NCBI RefSeq assembly: GCF_000787575.1
Contig: NW_012236500.1
Coordinates: 9,001-73,000, forward strand
Origin: Acytostelium subglobosum
Lineage: Eukaryota
DNA length: 64,000 nucleotides
Direction: 5' to 3'
The position numbers and the translations under genes were made by a program. The notes beneath the pieces were generated by a model. The model ran no database searches and was not told the DNA's origin. It saw nothing but the letters and a program-made list of their open reading frames with translations. This document shows, piece after piece, positions 34,277-44,951 of this stretch (position 1 is its first letter; each line of letters begins with the position of its first letter).

Positions 34277-37200
34277 ATGGAGATGCAAACTATCTCATTC
34301 TCTGATGGTAGTGACCCGATTAGACAACAGGTCAGCCCATCATCATCATCAAACAATCTAAATAGTAATAATAATAATAGTATTGCAGTTGCAAGTAGTA
34401 GTAGTAGTCAATTGAGTCTAGCAAACAGCAGTTCACCTATTATCACAAAGAAGAAGGTCCATCATCATGGACATCATGGGCCATTATCACATGTCCACAT
34501 GCCCCATCTTCCACATATGCCCCATATGCCACATCTTAAACCAGTATGTCCAATTAGTTAGTTCCACTGGCATGCATGCCCACAACCTCTAACTCACACG
34601 TCCGATCAATCAATCAAATCCAATCAATCAATTAAAGGGCAAACTATTCCATGGTAAAGGACTTAAGAAATTAAGAATGATGTCCAAGAAGAAGAGACAG
34701 AGAAAGAAGTCAAAGTCATATCAACGAAGGAAACAAGTCAATTCCTTTATCAATTCACCTGCCATCACAACTCTTCTTATTGTCGCTTCAATATTCATGG
34801 TCTTCATCGGTATGTATACCCATCCGATTTTTGGATTCGATCACGTGATTCAATCAATCACGTGACATCCAATCACGTGACACAAATCAATCACCAAATA
34901 TTAACCAACCTTCCATCCCATCCCTATCACATCTATTCCTAACAGACGACTTCCTGGTGGCCACTGGAGCACCCAACTCTACAGCATGCTACACAGCAGT
35001 GTCGGTGCTAAAGATTGTTGTATTTGTAATATTCACTGCTGATATCGTATTGACAAGTTATGCACAGCGACTACACTATGTCATATCATTCTTCTTCCTA
35101 ATGGATCTGATCTCGCTGGCATCACTCGTCCCAGATATAGTCTCATTCCTAGGCGGCTTCCACACATTGGCCACGCTCAACTCTCTGTCGCTCAGCAGGA
35201 CTGCACGTGTTGCCAGGATCGCCTCGAGGATTGCCCGTATCAGCAAGGTGTTGAGCTTCAACAGAGACCAACGCAAGTCGGCCCAGGAGAAGGAGGAGCT
35301 GCACATGCCCATTCAGCCATCGTCCGTGGGTCACAAACTGTTGTCCAAGACGTCCAACTACGTCATTGTGATGATCCTGCTTGTTGTACTGATCACCACA
35401 CTCACCAACCCCGACAACACCACATTGCAACCGATGGAGCACTCTGTACTGGACTTGTTTGTGATCACGGCAAGGTCCAGTGGCAGCGTCACCAGCCAAC
35501 AGTTCAACGACACACTCTCTGGATTCATCGCGACCAGTGGCAACCCCGAGCTACTCTACCTCAACATCCTCGACCAAGAGGTATTCAAGTCCAGTGTGGA
35601 CACGACCAACTGGTTCGATGTATACATACTCAAGTCTGGCTTCAATCAGTAAGTTATTCAATCAGCTGACCATCGATCAGCTGACCATCAATCATACTAA
35701 CTCAGAGCCCATCCAATCACTAAAGGAGCGAGATATGGATTAGTAACAAGAAGTTCCAACAAGATTCAGCTGCACTTGGCATCACACTGACAGTGTGCAT
35801 CATCATTATCATCTCGTTGGGCACTTACTTTATGTCGAGAGACTTCCAGGTGATGGTGATCAAGCCAATCGAGCGAATGATGTCTCTGATCAAGAAGATC
35901 AGCTCAATGGAGAGACATGATCACCCATCGTCCACCACTGGCAGCGACTATGGCGACACCGACGCCGACTTGGACGAGCACGACTTTGCCTCGGACGCCG
36001 AGTCCGGCATGAGTGGCGACTCTGACTATGAGACCGACAGTCTGAGCGGCTTCTACGACGAGAATGAAGCGCACATCATCGTGGACATGCTCAACGATGT
36101 CGTCACCAAGAAGATGGAGCATCACAACCGCGCCAAGAATGCTATCGAAGGCCACACCCAGCTGTCCAACAACTTGGCAAGTCTTGGAGCTGCCGCCGCC
36201 GGCTTCCTGGCGCGCAAGCAGTTTGAGTGTTTGAAGAAGGCCTCAACACGCCGTGCACGCATTGTCAAGGAGATGCTCACCACCGAGCAAACTTACGTCG
36301 CGTCTTTGGCTGGTGCCATCGAGGGCTATTACATGCCACTGCGAGCAGCCGGCTCTAACCTGGCCACACCGGAGCAGATCGAGCACCTCTTCTGCAACAT
36401 TGAGGTGTTGCATCAGCACCACATTGGCTTCCTCGCCAAGCTCGAGGAGCGTGTAAACAGCTGGCACCACAACCAGGCGATTGGTGATCTGTTTGCCGAG
36501 CTCGAGTCCGTCGTGGACATCTACACAACCTACGTCAACAACTACACCAACGTCGTGCCCACCATCGAGGATATGCGTCGCGACAACAAGGTGGCCGACT
36601 TCTTGATGGATTGTCGTGAGAAGAACTGCAAGGGCATCGAGCTCACCTCCTACCTGATCATGCCAATCCAGCGTATGCCTCGCTACGTGCTGTTGCTGGA
36701 GGACTTGCTAAAGCACACGTCCGAGGGTCACTTTGATCTGGAGCCCATTGGCAACGCGTCACGCTCGCTCAAGAAGGCGACCGTGGTGCTCAACGAGCGC
36801 AAGAGGGAGCACGAGAACAAGCACACCATCCAAGACCTGTACATGAAGCTGTCACCGCCCGTACCCGACATCTTGGTGCCAGGCAACAGCATCATCCTGC
36901 AGGGCAAGCTGAAGCACGACGGCGAGAAGTTCTTCTTCATCCTGCTCAACAGCGGCCTGCTCAAGGCGGCCAAAGAGTCGTCGACACAGATTCAAGTCAA
37001 GAGCTACTATGGCGTGCGCGACATGACCGTCACTGTCATCCAGGACTGCCCTTCAATCAAGATCGTCAACGCATTCCAGATCAAGCTGGAGGACCAGCAG
37101 ATGTTGCTGTTTGCCAAGACACCTGAGCAGCGCCAGGAGTGGGTCGACGCCATTGGTCAGTTCACCAAGGTGATGGTGGCCCGAACAAAGTCAGTCATGT

Positions 37201-37472
37201 TGTTGTCGCAATCGAAGCGATCGTCGCAGGGTGGCAAGAGTCCCATTATGACCAGCAGCACAGGTAGCTCCAGTCGATTGAGTGTGCCAGGTGGTGTTGG
37301 ATCAAGTGGACACATGAAGTCCAGCTCATCATCATTGTCGCCCAGTCTATCAGGACTGAACATTCCACAGATCAGTGCGCCCAACTTGTCCAACTTTATC
37401 AACGAATCCACATCCACAATGAGTCCGCCTCAACGCTCGCCAAGGCCTGGACGTCCGTCCAATAAAGACTAA
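34277..37472 (+). CDS. Voltage-sensor/6TM ion-transport domain fused to a DH-PH RhoGEF. Four exons: 34277..34543, 34638..34809, 34946..35648 and 35726..37472.
   Basis: Exon 1 is a His-rich N-terminus. Exons 2 and 3 encode S1 (ITTLLIVASIFMVFIG), S2 (VSVLKIVVFVIFTADIVLTSY), S3 with the conserved Asp (FFFLMDLISLASLVPD), S4 with R/K at every third position (RTARVARIASRIARISK), S5 (YVIVMILLVVLITTL) and a pore-like segment. Exon 4 starts with S6 (LGITLTVCIIIIISLGTYF). It then carries a DH domain (..LIMPIQRMPRYVLLLEDLLKHT), a PH domain and a Ser-rich tail. All splice phases are consistent (about 962 aa). Confidence 0.7.
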
Positions 37473-37645
37473 ACATCCTAAAGGGAGAGAGACAGTTGTC
37501 TGTGATCACAGTCCCTGCTCCTGATGAGTAGGATATTTTCTAGTATATCAGCTGATCGCTTGACTGTCACATGATCAGTCAGCTGACTATTTTTAACATG
37601 TCATATGATCATATATTTTGGATAATCAGAGGACCAATCAATCAT

Positions 37646-38212
37646 TTATTGATAAGAGCCAGAGACAGTCTTGTCACCATCCAAAACGACATGATCTTCA
37701 TCTGAACCACCATCGAATTGTTCCTCTCGTTTACGCTTGTGACACAAAGCCACCATGGCGTTCTCCAGTTGAAGCTCTAATTGTTTGATGCGTGTTGTCT
37801 TCTCGTCATCATCACCGTGCCAGTTCTTCTCGAAATCCTGTGGCTGCATTGGGTGTGTGAAGAACCTCTCTACTCTTGTAGTATACTCATCAGATTGTAA
37901 GTTGTCCTTGATATCAGAGAAGTACATGCGGTAGTTTATCCAGGCAGGGTATTCTTCTGGTATACCAAGTGTGATGTTCTCCAAGATCTGGATTGAATTC
38001 TTTGCCCATGTCTTGTATATATTGAATATATTTATGAGTACCTTTCTACAAGTTTCGTTGCATCCTTCTTTCAATGCATAGTCTATCATCACATCTGTAT
38101 TTGTGAAGTCATTATCTGGCTGGCATCCAAAAGAGTTTCTTTTTGTAAATTCGAAAGGAATGTGTAATCTTATTCCACAAGGTGGAGTGGCAGAAGATAC
38201 TGAATAGGACAT
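37646..38212 (-). CDS. Hypothetical protein (188 aa) with an acidic C-terminus
   Basis: Single ORF with coding-like composition. I recognise no domain. Confidence 0.45.
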   Translation of the reverse strand: MSYSVSSATPPCGIRLHIPFEFTKRNSFGCQPDNDFTNTDVMIDYALKEGCNETCRKVLINIFNIYKTWAKNSIQILENITLGIPEEYPAWINYRMYFSDIKDNLQSDEYTTRVERFFTHPMQPQDFEKNWHGDDDEKTTRIKQLELQLENAMVALCHKRKREEQFDGGSDEDHVVLDGDKTVSGSYQ

Positions 38213-38454
38213 AGGAAGTTTATATATATATATTTATCTCTATCTCATCTCTTCCAAACAATACTTTTTAATTCAATACCATTTGAACTATTGCTTCCAA
38301 CACTCAGAGTCCGATCTGGAAAGGTGGGTGAGCGGGGTGATCAATCGTCTGAGGAGAGTGTATGGAGTAAGAGTATGTAAACGTATCAGATAGTGTGGGA
38401 TTGGCATCAATGTCTAATTTCAATTTCCTTGGACAGGTACATTATAATATAAAA

Positions 38455-38683
38455 GGGTTGGGAGTTGGGTTGTTGCGTACCGCCGGAATGGTTTGGAACA
38501 TGCGCTGCTAGGCACATGTAGGAGGGTTTTTTGTTTCGTCACAGCCACGATTGTGGCCATGACTCCACGACGAGTCGAAGATATCATATGATAACTCCTG
38601 CATTCCGGCGGTCGCTTCAGATTAGCTGAGATGATTTTCATTAAACGAAGTAAGGCGATTACCTTTGTGCACCCGGGTCCCCA
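38455..38683 (-). ncRNA. Candidate structured ncRNA (~230 nt, GC-rich island), possibly SRP/7SL-like. Identity unresolved.
   Basis: A GC-rich block sits inside AT-rich intergenic DNA. A 12-13 bp inverted repeat (GACCGCCGGAAUG ... CAUUCCGGCGGU) closes about 125 nt. Internal elements are GGUAAUC, CGAAAC...AAAACCCUCC and AGCAGCG. A T4 run lies just past the 3' stem on the minus strand. A DUSE-like motif lies about 60 nt upstream. Confidence 0.35.
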
Positions 38684-38742
38684 AACAATCATTGACAACT
38701 CATCAAATAATAACCAAGATGAATAACCTTTGAAAATTCGAT

Positions 38743-38750
38743 TATGGGAT
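38743..38750 (-). promoter_or_regulatory. DUSE-like element (TCCCATAA on minus), about 60 nt upstream of the ncRNA candidate
   Basis: It matches the Dictyostelium upstream sequence element consensus [AT]CCCA[CT]AA, known to sit about -60 from snRNA and small ncRNA starts. The match is by eye. Confidence 0.35.
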
Positions 38751-38830
38751 GAAATCCAAAGAAATTCTGATTTTTCAAGAACATATAATTGTACATTAAC
38801 TGTTTAAACAGTGTTTGATTTAATAATTTG

Positions 38831-39088
38831 TTAACAATGACCACCATTGTGTCCTCCTCCTCCATATCCATAGTGACCTCCACCTCCATGGTGGTAACCT
38901 GATCCATATCCTCCATGATTATATCCTCCATGATTATGACATCCATGATGATGTCCTACTTGACCATGGTGTAGCTGAGAGTCATAATAGACTCCTTCTC
39001 CATAGTATCCTCCTCTGTGATGTCTACGACCTTGATGACAAGGTTCATGATGTCCATAGTGATGATGATGACCTGGTACGTTTCCCAT
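38831..39088 (-). CDS. Small Gly/His/Tyr-rich protein (85 aa), resembling the dictyostelid hssA/2C/7E-type small proteins
   Basis: ATG-initiated ORF MGNVPGHHHHYGHHEP..GGYNHGGYGSGYHHGGGGHYGYGGGGHNGGHC, with extreme low-complexity composition. Confidence 0.5.
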   Translation of the reverse strand: MGNVPGHHHHYGHHEPCHQGRRHHRGGYYGEGVYYDSQLHHGQVGHHHGCHNHGGYNHGGYGSGYHHGGGGHYGYGGGGHNGGHC

Positions 39089-39452
39089 TACTTTGTACCT
39101 AATTTTATCTCTAATTATTACTATTCATTTAGTACTTAATAAAGTTAATAATGATAGATAAATATATTTAGAACTTATTATATTAATAGACTTCTCCTTT
39201 TTAAATTTACCTCCCTCTTTGCACAAAAAGAAAGTTATTTCCATATTTAGACAAGTGTTGTATGGACCATCCATTTATGAATGTTAAAGTGATTATTCTC
39301 AAAACACTTAGGGAATGGATCTAAAAGTATGTCGATCTAGTTAAGGACCTTTTTTTATGTATTTAATGAAACTTAGTTTAAAGGTATATGAAAAACCGTA
39401 ACTTCCGTTGTTATTGCTAGAAAACAGTTGTAAAAACTTAAATTTTCATCAA

Positions 39453-39525
39453 GTCAGGATGGTGTAGTTGGTTATCACAAAACCTTAACACGGTTTGGGT
39501 CATGGGTTCGATTCCCATTCTTGAT
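39453..39525 (+). tRNA. tRNA-Val (anticodon AAC), 73 nt, no encoded CCA
   Basis: Manual fold. The acceptor stem GTCAGGA/TCTTGAT has two G:U pairs. The anticodon stem is aaacc/ggttt and the loop is TTAACAC, so the anticodon is AAC. The T-arm is atggg-TTCGATT-cccat. Confidence 0.85.
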
Positions 39526-39531
39526 AAATCC

Positions 39532-39537
39532 TTTTTT
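39532..39537 (+). terminator. Pol III T6 terminator, 7 nt past the tRNA
   Basis: Direct reading: cttttttg immediately downstream of the tRNA 3' end. Confidence 0.6.
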
Positions 39538-39917
39538 GAACTTTTGAATTTTTTTTTATTTGTTTGAAAACTCGTTGTTATACGAGTAGAAAAAATATGT
39601 TCCAATATTAAATGTTATTATTATTGTAATATCTACACAAATTTATAATTATATATTTATAGATCAAAAAAATTAATACCTTGGAAAGAGTTTAATTAGA
39701 CAAGTAATAACTATTTAGTAATTTATATAATACCATTTCTTTTATTTTTTTATTACATTAATCAATTACTCAATTTAAATAACACGTGTCCTTTCAAAGA
39801 ATCTTGAAATCCTATTATTGGTTGATTGATCATCACTTTGAGTGTGTGTGTTTTGTAGATGGTATTATAGATATAAATAAAGTGAGCTCCGATCGGACAA
39901 CAGAATCAGCTACATCG

Positions 39918-41785
39918 ATGGCTGCAGCAACTCCTCTGTCAATACTTGTCTCTGCCTCAACATCGACCTCAACAGACCAGTTCATAGCCAAGACTCTTGA
40001 CACAAATCTTCGATTCCAACGTGCCAAGACAGCATCAAACAAGACACTCTACAATGATGTACTTACCAAAGGTAGGTTTAACAAGTCTATGCAAGTCAGT
40101 GTCACGTGACACAGTCATGTGACTCAAGTCAGCTGACATCAATCACCTGACCTGACCTCAATTAATCACCTGACACAACTCAATCAAACAGCTCTAAAGA
40201 TATGCTTCGAAGACAATAGCGTTGAAAAGGTTGGCGCACTGAAAGCTGTGATGACAGAGGTGGAGACAGTGGTGGTAACAGACTCTCCAGTGTGTGGATA
40301 CTTGCTATATATGTTGGCGGATGCATGTCGTCAGCTGACATTGTATACAGACGCGCTCAACGCAGCCAACCACTCACTCAAGATCAGAGAGACGCTGTAT
40401 GGCCAGGACAGCATCGAGGTCAGCACATGTCTGGACCTGCTCGTTGGTATATCGATTGCTGCCAACGCACTCGACCATGCCGTGTCATTGTTTGTGCGCT
40501 CATTCAAGTGCAATGTGTTTGGGTCGTACGCGACGTACGCTCAGCTCAGCACCAGCATCGCACGCTTCAAGGCCACACTATTGGAGCGTGAACAACCATT
40601 CCTCGCCATCAAGATGTTGGCACAGACATCAGAAGTGCTACAACAACAACTACTACAGTCGATACAACAACAACAGCAACAGCAACAGCAACAACAGATT
40701 GATACATCGGCACTGTGTAGCACACTACTTGGCACGCTGCTGGACCGTGCCGACCTGTATGATAACAAACTGAATGAATACCAGTCGACAATAGAGTGTT
40801 ACGAACTCATCACAACACTCAAGGGCATTCCATCAAAGTAAGGTCACTCACTCATTCGCTCAATCGTTGGAACTATCCCACTCACTCACTCAATCAATCA
40901 ATCAATCAATTCAGAGATGTAGGACATGCATATGAGTTGATCATACAGACATACTTTAAGGCTGGACGATATGATCAGACAAAGGATAATGTGGCAAAGT
41001 ACTTGGAGATGGCTACAAGATGCTTCAAAGTGAACTCGGTCGACATGGCCATGGCATTGTTATACTGCGCGCGATTAATGGAGGAGCAGGCCGACCGCCC
41101 CTCACCTACACGATTGTGCGATCAAGTGGATGCACTTCGATACTACTTGTGCACGTTGAAGATTGCTCGAGAGACACCTGGTGGCATTGTGTTGCGAGAT
41201 CTCCCATCAGACACGCCCTCCGCAACACAAAAGACATTACGCGACAAGGTCGAGACAATCCTATTCAACAACCGACCATTGCGTTTGGAAGAGGTGGCCA
41301 ACATGGTGGACAGGATGCTTCAGATCACGACGACCGAGTTCCTGCTCAATGGCCAGCGCTCGCAGAACTGGCTGCTCAAGTACCTGTATCCAGACTTCAT
41401 CGCAGAGGACGCGCTGCGCGAGAAGGCCGAGACGCTGCCGGCCAAGTGCGGCCCGCTGTCCAAGCTGAATGGCCTGATGAAGAGTTGGAAGCAGATGTGG
41501 TTCACACTCAACCGAGAGTCATTGTCGTACTACAAGAGCAATCAGGATACAAAGCCCAAGGGTGAGCTGAGTCTGTTGGAGATCAAGTCGATTGAGGTCA
41601 TCGTGTCCAAGGAGAAGAAGATGAAGCCGCAGACACACTGCTTCCAACTGGTGCATCCAAAGCACACGTTGGTGTTGGCGGCCGAGACCGAAGAACAGAT
41701 GCGCGAATGGATCACAGTTCTAAACAAGGCCAAACAATATTGGGAAGAATGGTGGAGTACCAACCTTGTGATTGAAGGGGCGTGA
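39918..41785 (+). CDS. PH-domain protein with a helical-repeat middle region and a poly-Q tract. Three exons: 39918..40071, 40192..40837 and 40915..41785.
   Basis: Donors G|GTAGGT and AA|GTAAGG pair with acceptors caaacag| and attcag|, and the phases are consistent. C-terminal PH domain: LNGLMKSWKQMWFTLNRESLSYYKSNQ..GELSLLEIKSIEV..HCFQLVHPKHTLVLAAETEEQMREWITVLNKA. A Q13 run lies in exon 2. Confidence 0.7.
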
Positions 41786-42072
41786 CGTAATATTGGTCAA
41801 TCATACAATCAATCAATTAATCAATCAAATACAATGTACATAATATCTTTACATTTTAGGGTCACACTGATGTGTTGGACTGGGGTCATCACTGGGTCCC
41901 AGTGATTGCCCACACTTCATCACTTTGCTGATCTTAATTTTCATTAATCTTGAGTCCCATGCAAGCATGGCTCATTCATCACTTCAATGATTCATTCAAT
42001 CACTTCATTCTATTCATTAACTTATCATTTATTTATTAACAGATACTAATACATTACATTATATTATACAAC

Positions 42073-43052
42073 ATGAGCAACAGTGTATCAAGTCCAGTTG
42101 GAAAGGTTGGAAATGCCAACTTCCCCGTCGATGAGAATGGTGTAGTATACCACTTGGGTGTAGCCAACAATGGATGTAAGTTACTCATTCAATCAGTCAG
42201 TTTGATTGATCGAGTGATCGAGTGATCCAAGTTGATACTTTGATTGAGTGATTGACCCTTCCCCATCATAATCATCATCATCACCAATCAGTGGCACAGA
42301 GAGTATTGACAGTTGGAGATTATGGACGTGCAAGCAAGTTGAGAGATAAGCTGTTGGAACAACCAGTGAAGACAACTGAGCATCGTGGCTTCCATATACA
42401 TACTGGTACATACAAGGGTGTGAGAGTGTCGATTGTGTCAATTGGCATGGGTACACCGATGATGGACTTCCTCGTGCGTGAGGGACGCTTCGTCGCAGTG
42501 GGCCCCATGGCAATCATCCGTTACGGCACTTGTGGTTCGCTGCGTGACGTGCCCGTCGGCTCACTGGCCATCGCCAAGGACTGCGTGCTCATTCGTCGCA
42601 ACCCAGATCATTGGCACCCAGAGGGCAAGGACGCCCAGCCCTACGACATCTCCCTGCCATTCGCAGGCGACAGCGCACTGATTGGCAACTTGACCACGGC
42701 CTTCCAGAAGGGCGAGGGTCTAGAGGGACGTCAGGTGGTCGTCGGCACCAACGCCACAGGCGACAGCTTCTACAGTAGCCAGGGTCGCCAGGACGCCAAC
42801 TTTGACGATCACAACCAGGACCTGATCAACAAGCTGATGCAACGCTATCCCGAGGCATCCACACTGGAGATGGAGACCTTCCAGCTGTACCATCTGGCCA
42901 CGCGATCCAAGGAACCAATCAAAGCAGCAGCAGCCACCATCATCCTTGCCAATCGTGTTGACAACACCTTCCTCGACAACGACACCAAGTCAGCACTTGA
43001 GATTGCTGGTGGACGTGCCTGTCTCGAGGCTTTAATCAATACAACTCTATAA
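42073..43052 (+). CDS. Uridine phosphorylase-like nucleoside phosphorylase (PNP/UDP family). Exon 1 is 42073..42175, the intron is 42176..42291, and exon 2 is 42292..43052.
   Basis: Exon 1 reads MSNSVSS..ENGVVYHLGVANNG (the YHLG motif) and ends GGA T|GTAAGT. Exon 2 has RVLTVGDYGRASKL, VSIGMGTPMMDFLVRE and IIRYGTCGSL, which are family motifs. Confidence 0.75.
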
Positions 43053-43323
43053 CATACTCATTCATATTCATTCATTCGTTCATTCATTCATTCATTGTGT
43101 GTCTCTGACTCAACCACATACCCCCCTCACTCAATCACACCCTACCGGTCGTTCGTCAATGGGGGTGGTGATCAAAGCAAAGCAATCTTGAACATTACAT
43201 TACATCTTCATTATTTGATTGAATAACATATACATATAATATATATATACGTATTCAAACATATAATATACATATACATATACATTACATAACAGATACA
43301 GATACAGACACATAGATATAGAG

Positions 43324-44499
43324 ATGGAACTGTTATGGCTACTACCATTGATGGTCGGTGCTGTGCTGTGGGCCGCAGCAGATGTTATATCAGATGGTGT
43401 CATTGGTGAACATAGTCCATCGACAATGAAGTCAAGCTCAGATCAATCTGCCTCATCCGATATCGAGGCTGCGACACAGGTGCTCGACTTGCTGTCCGAC
43501 ACCAAAGAGGACACGATGCGAACAAAGCGCGAGAAGGATGGTGGCGGCAGCGCGCATCACAAGGACAAAGACAGCGACACCAAGTTGTCGGGCGAACAAG
43601 ACGCGCTCATCTCGGGCGCCGTCATGCTGCTGTGCGGTGCCTTCCTCCACTACTATTACGGCACTGCGCACATTGTCAGCTTCTACGCGCACGACCACAT
43701 GGCGCCCAACGGCCTGCCGATGATCCCACCCAACACTGTGTACATCGCGGCGTTTGTCTCGGGCATCTTCCAGGCATTCTCACTCATCTACTTGCTAAAG
43801 GCATTCGAGTCGTCGTCGTCGACGATCATCGTGCCGCTCATGCAGCTCAACTCGCTGTTTGTGTTGCCCATGAGCATCGTGCTGTCCGTGCTCAGCCACT
43901 ACTTCCCCACGCTCAGCACGTTCGACCAGATCATCTCGCCTGTGCACTTCCTGGCGTTCGTGCTGATCTTTATCGGCGGCTTCTACCCGGCGATCGAGGG
44001 CGAGTGGAGCCAGTTCTCGCGCTCCTTCTGGCGCCAACCAGCCGTCACGCAGGTCATCCTCTCGGACTTCCTCATTGCGATCTACTACCTCATCGTGTCG
44101 TTCTGCACCAACGAGACGGGTGGCATGACGTCCATGTCGTTCCTTGTCATCTCGATCTACGGCAACGCCACGACCTTCCTCTTCCTCGTGGTCTTTGTCG
44201 GACGTTACCGACGCTCGGCCAACGAGCTGCTGGTCATGCGTCCGAAGTACATACTGCTGTCGTCACTGGGCGAGATGTTCTCAATGTCTGGCTACTTCTT
44301 TGTATCGATCTCCTACCATCTATATTACAACAGTGGCGTTGTCAGCGCCACTGAAGGCGCGCTCAATCAACTATTCAACCTGCTTCTGGCCATCTTCCTC
44401 AAGAAAGTCTTCAACTTTGGACGCGAAGTCAAACGAATCAGAGAGAAGCTATACTCTTGTGCCATTGTATCTGTTGGACTTGTACTCACGTCGACCTAA
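43324..44499 (+). CDS. Polytopic membrane protein (about 10 TM), possibly a drug/metabolite-transporter-like fold. Function unknown.
   Basis: Single 391-codon ORF. It opens with a hydrophobic N-terminus followed by a charged loop, then multiple hydrophobic helices (for example LISGAVMLLCGAFLHYYYG and FLAFVLIFIGGFYPAI). Confidence 0.55.
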   Translation: MELLWLLPLMVGAVLWAAADVISDGVIGEHSPSTMKSSSDQSASSDIEAATQVLDLLSDTKEDTMRTKREKDGGGSAHHKDKDSDTKLSGEQDALISGAVMLLCGAFLHYYYGTAHIVSFYAHDHMAPNGLPMIPPNTVYIAAFVSGIFQAFSLIYLLKAFESSSSTIIVPLMQLNSLFVLPMSIVLSVLSHYFPTLSTFDQIISPVHFLAFVLIFIGGFYPAIEGEWSQFSRSFWRQPAVTQVILSDFLIAIYYLIVSFCTNETGGMTSMSFLVISIYGNATTFLFLVVFVGRYRRSANELLVMRPKYILLSSLGEMFSMSGYFFVSISYHLYYNSGVVSATEGALNQLFNLLLAIFLKKVFNFGREVKRIREKLYSCAIVSVGLVLTST

Positions 44500-44951
44500 G
44501 GTCCACTCTCCCCTTCCCTTCATCATCCCATATCTTACCATTCATTCATTCAATCAATCAATCACCTCGGACACGATGTAGTTGGACGACAATCAAGCTG
44601 AGGCACGCGACAATTCAATCAACCGATCGATCAATCATCCAATCAAACAAACTATCAACCAATCAATCACCTGCTCTTGGCTCACACATTGGCCAGCCGC
44701 CAGCCCGCCAGACCATCGCGACCAATAAAGAGCACTCCTATCCAATGATCTTCTGAATGAAGGAAGAGCTTGGAAGTATGTATTAATCAATCAATAACAT
44801 ATTTAGTAAGTAATAATAGGTGTTCATGAGCTTGGATTGGGAAGGCGACACTCTTTGGTCAAACACTTCCGTCCAATCATAACTGCGTGTAGTGGATGGT
44901 GGATGGTGGATATTGGAAGCTGGGGGGATAACGCGCGCAGGGGGGGTTCGT

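Noticed and set aside
38640-38665. A U12/U1-snRNA-like reading of cauuaaacgaaguaaggcgauuacc (UUAAAC ... AGUAAGG).
   Set aside because: The spacing and flanking sequence do not match U12 or U1 5' ends. I treat the whole island as an unassigned ncRNA candidate.
39100-39800. A possible tRNA-targeted retrotransposon (TRE/DGLT-A) next to tRNA-Val.
   Set aside because: There is no RT, endonuclease or gag-like ORF and no LTR or poly-A remnant. The flanks are simple AT-rich sequence.
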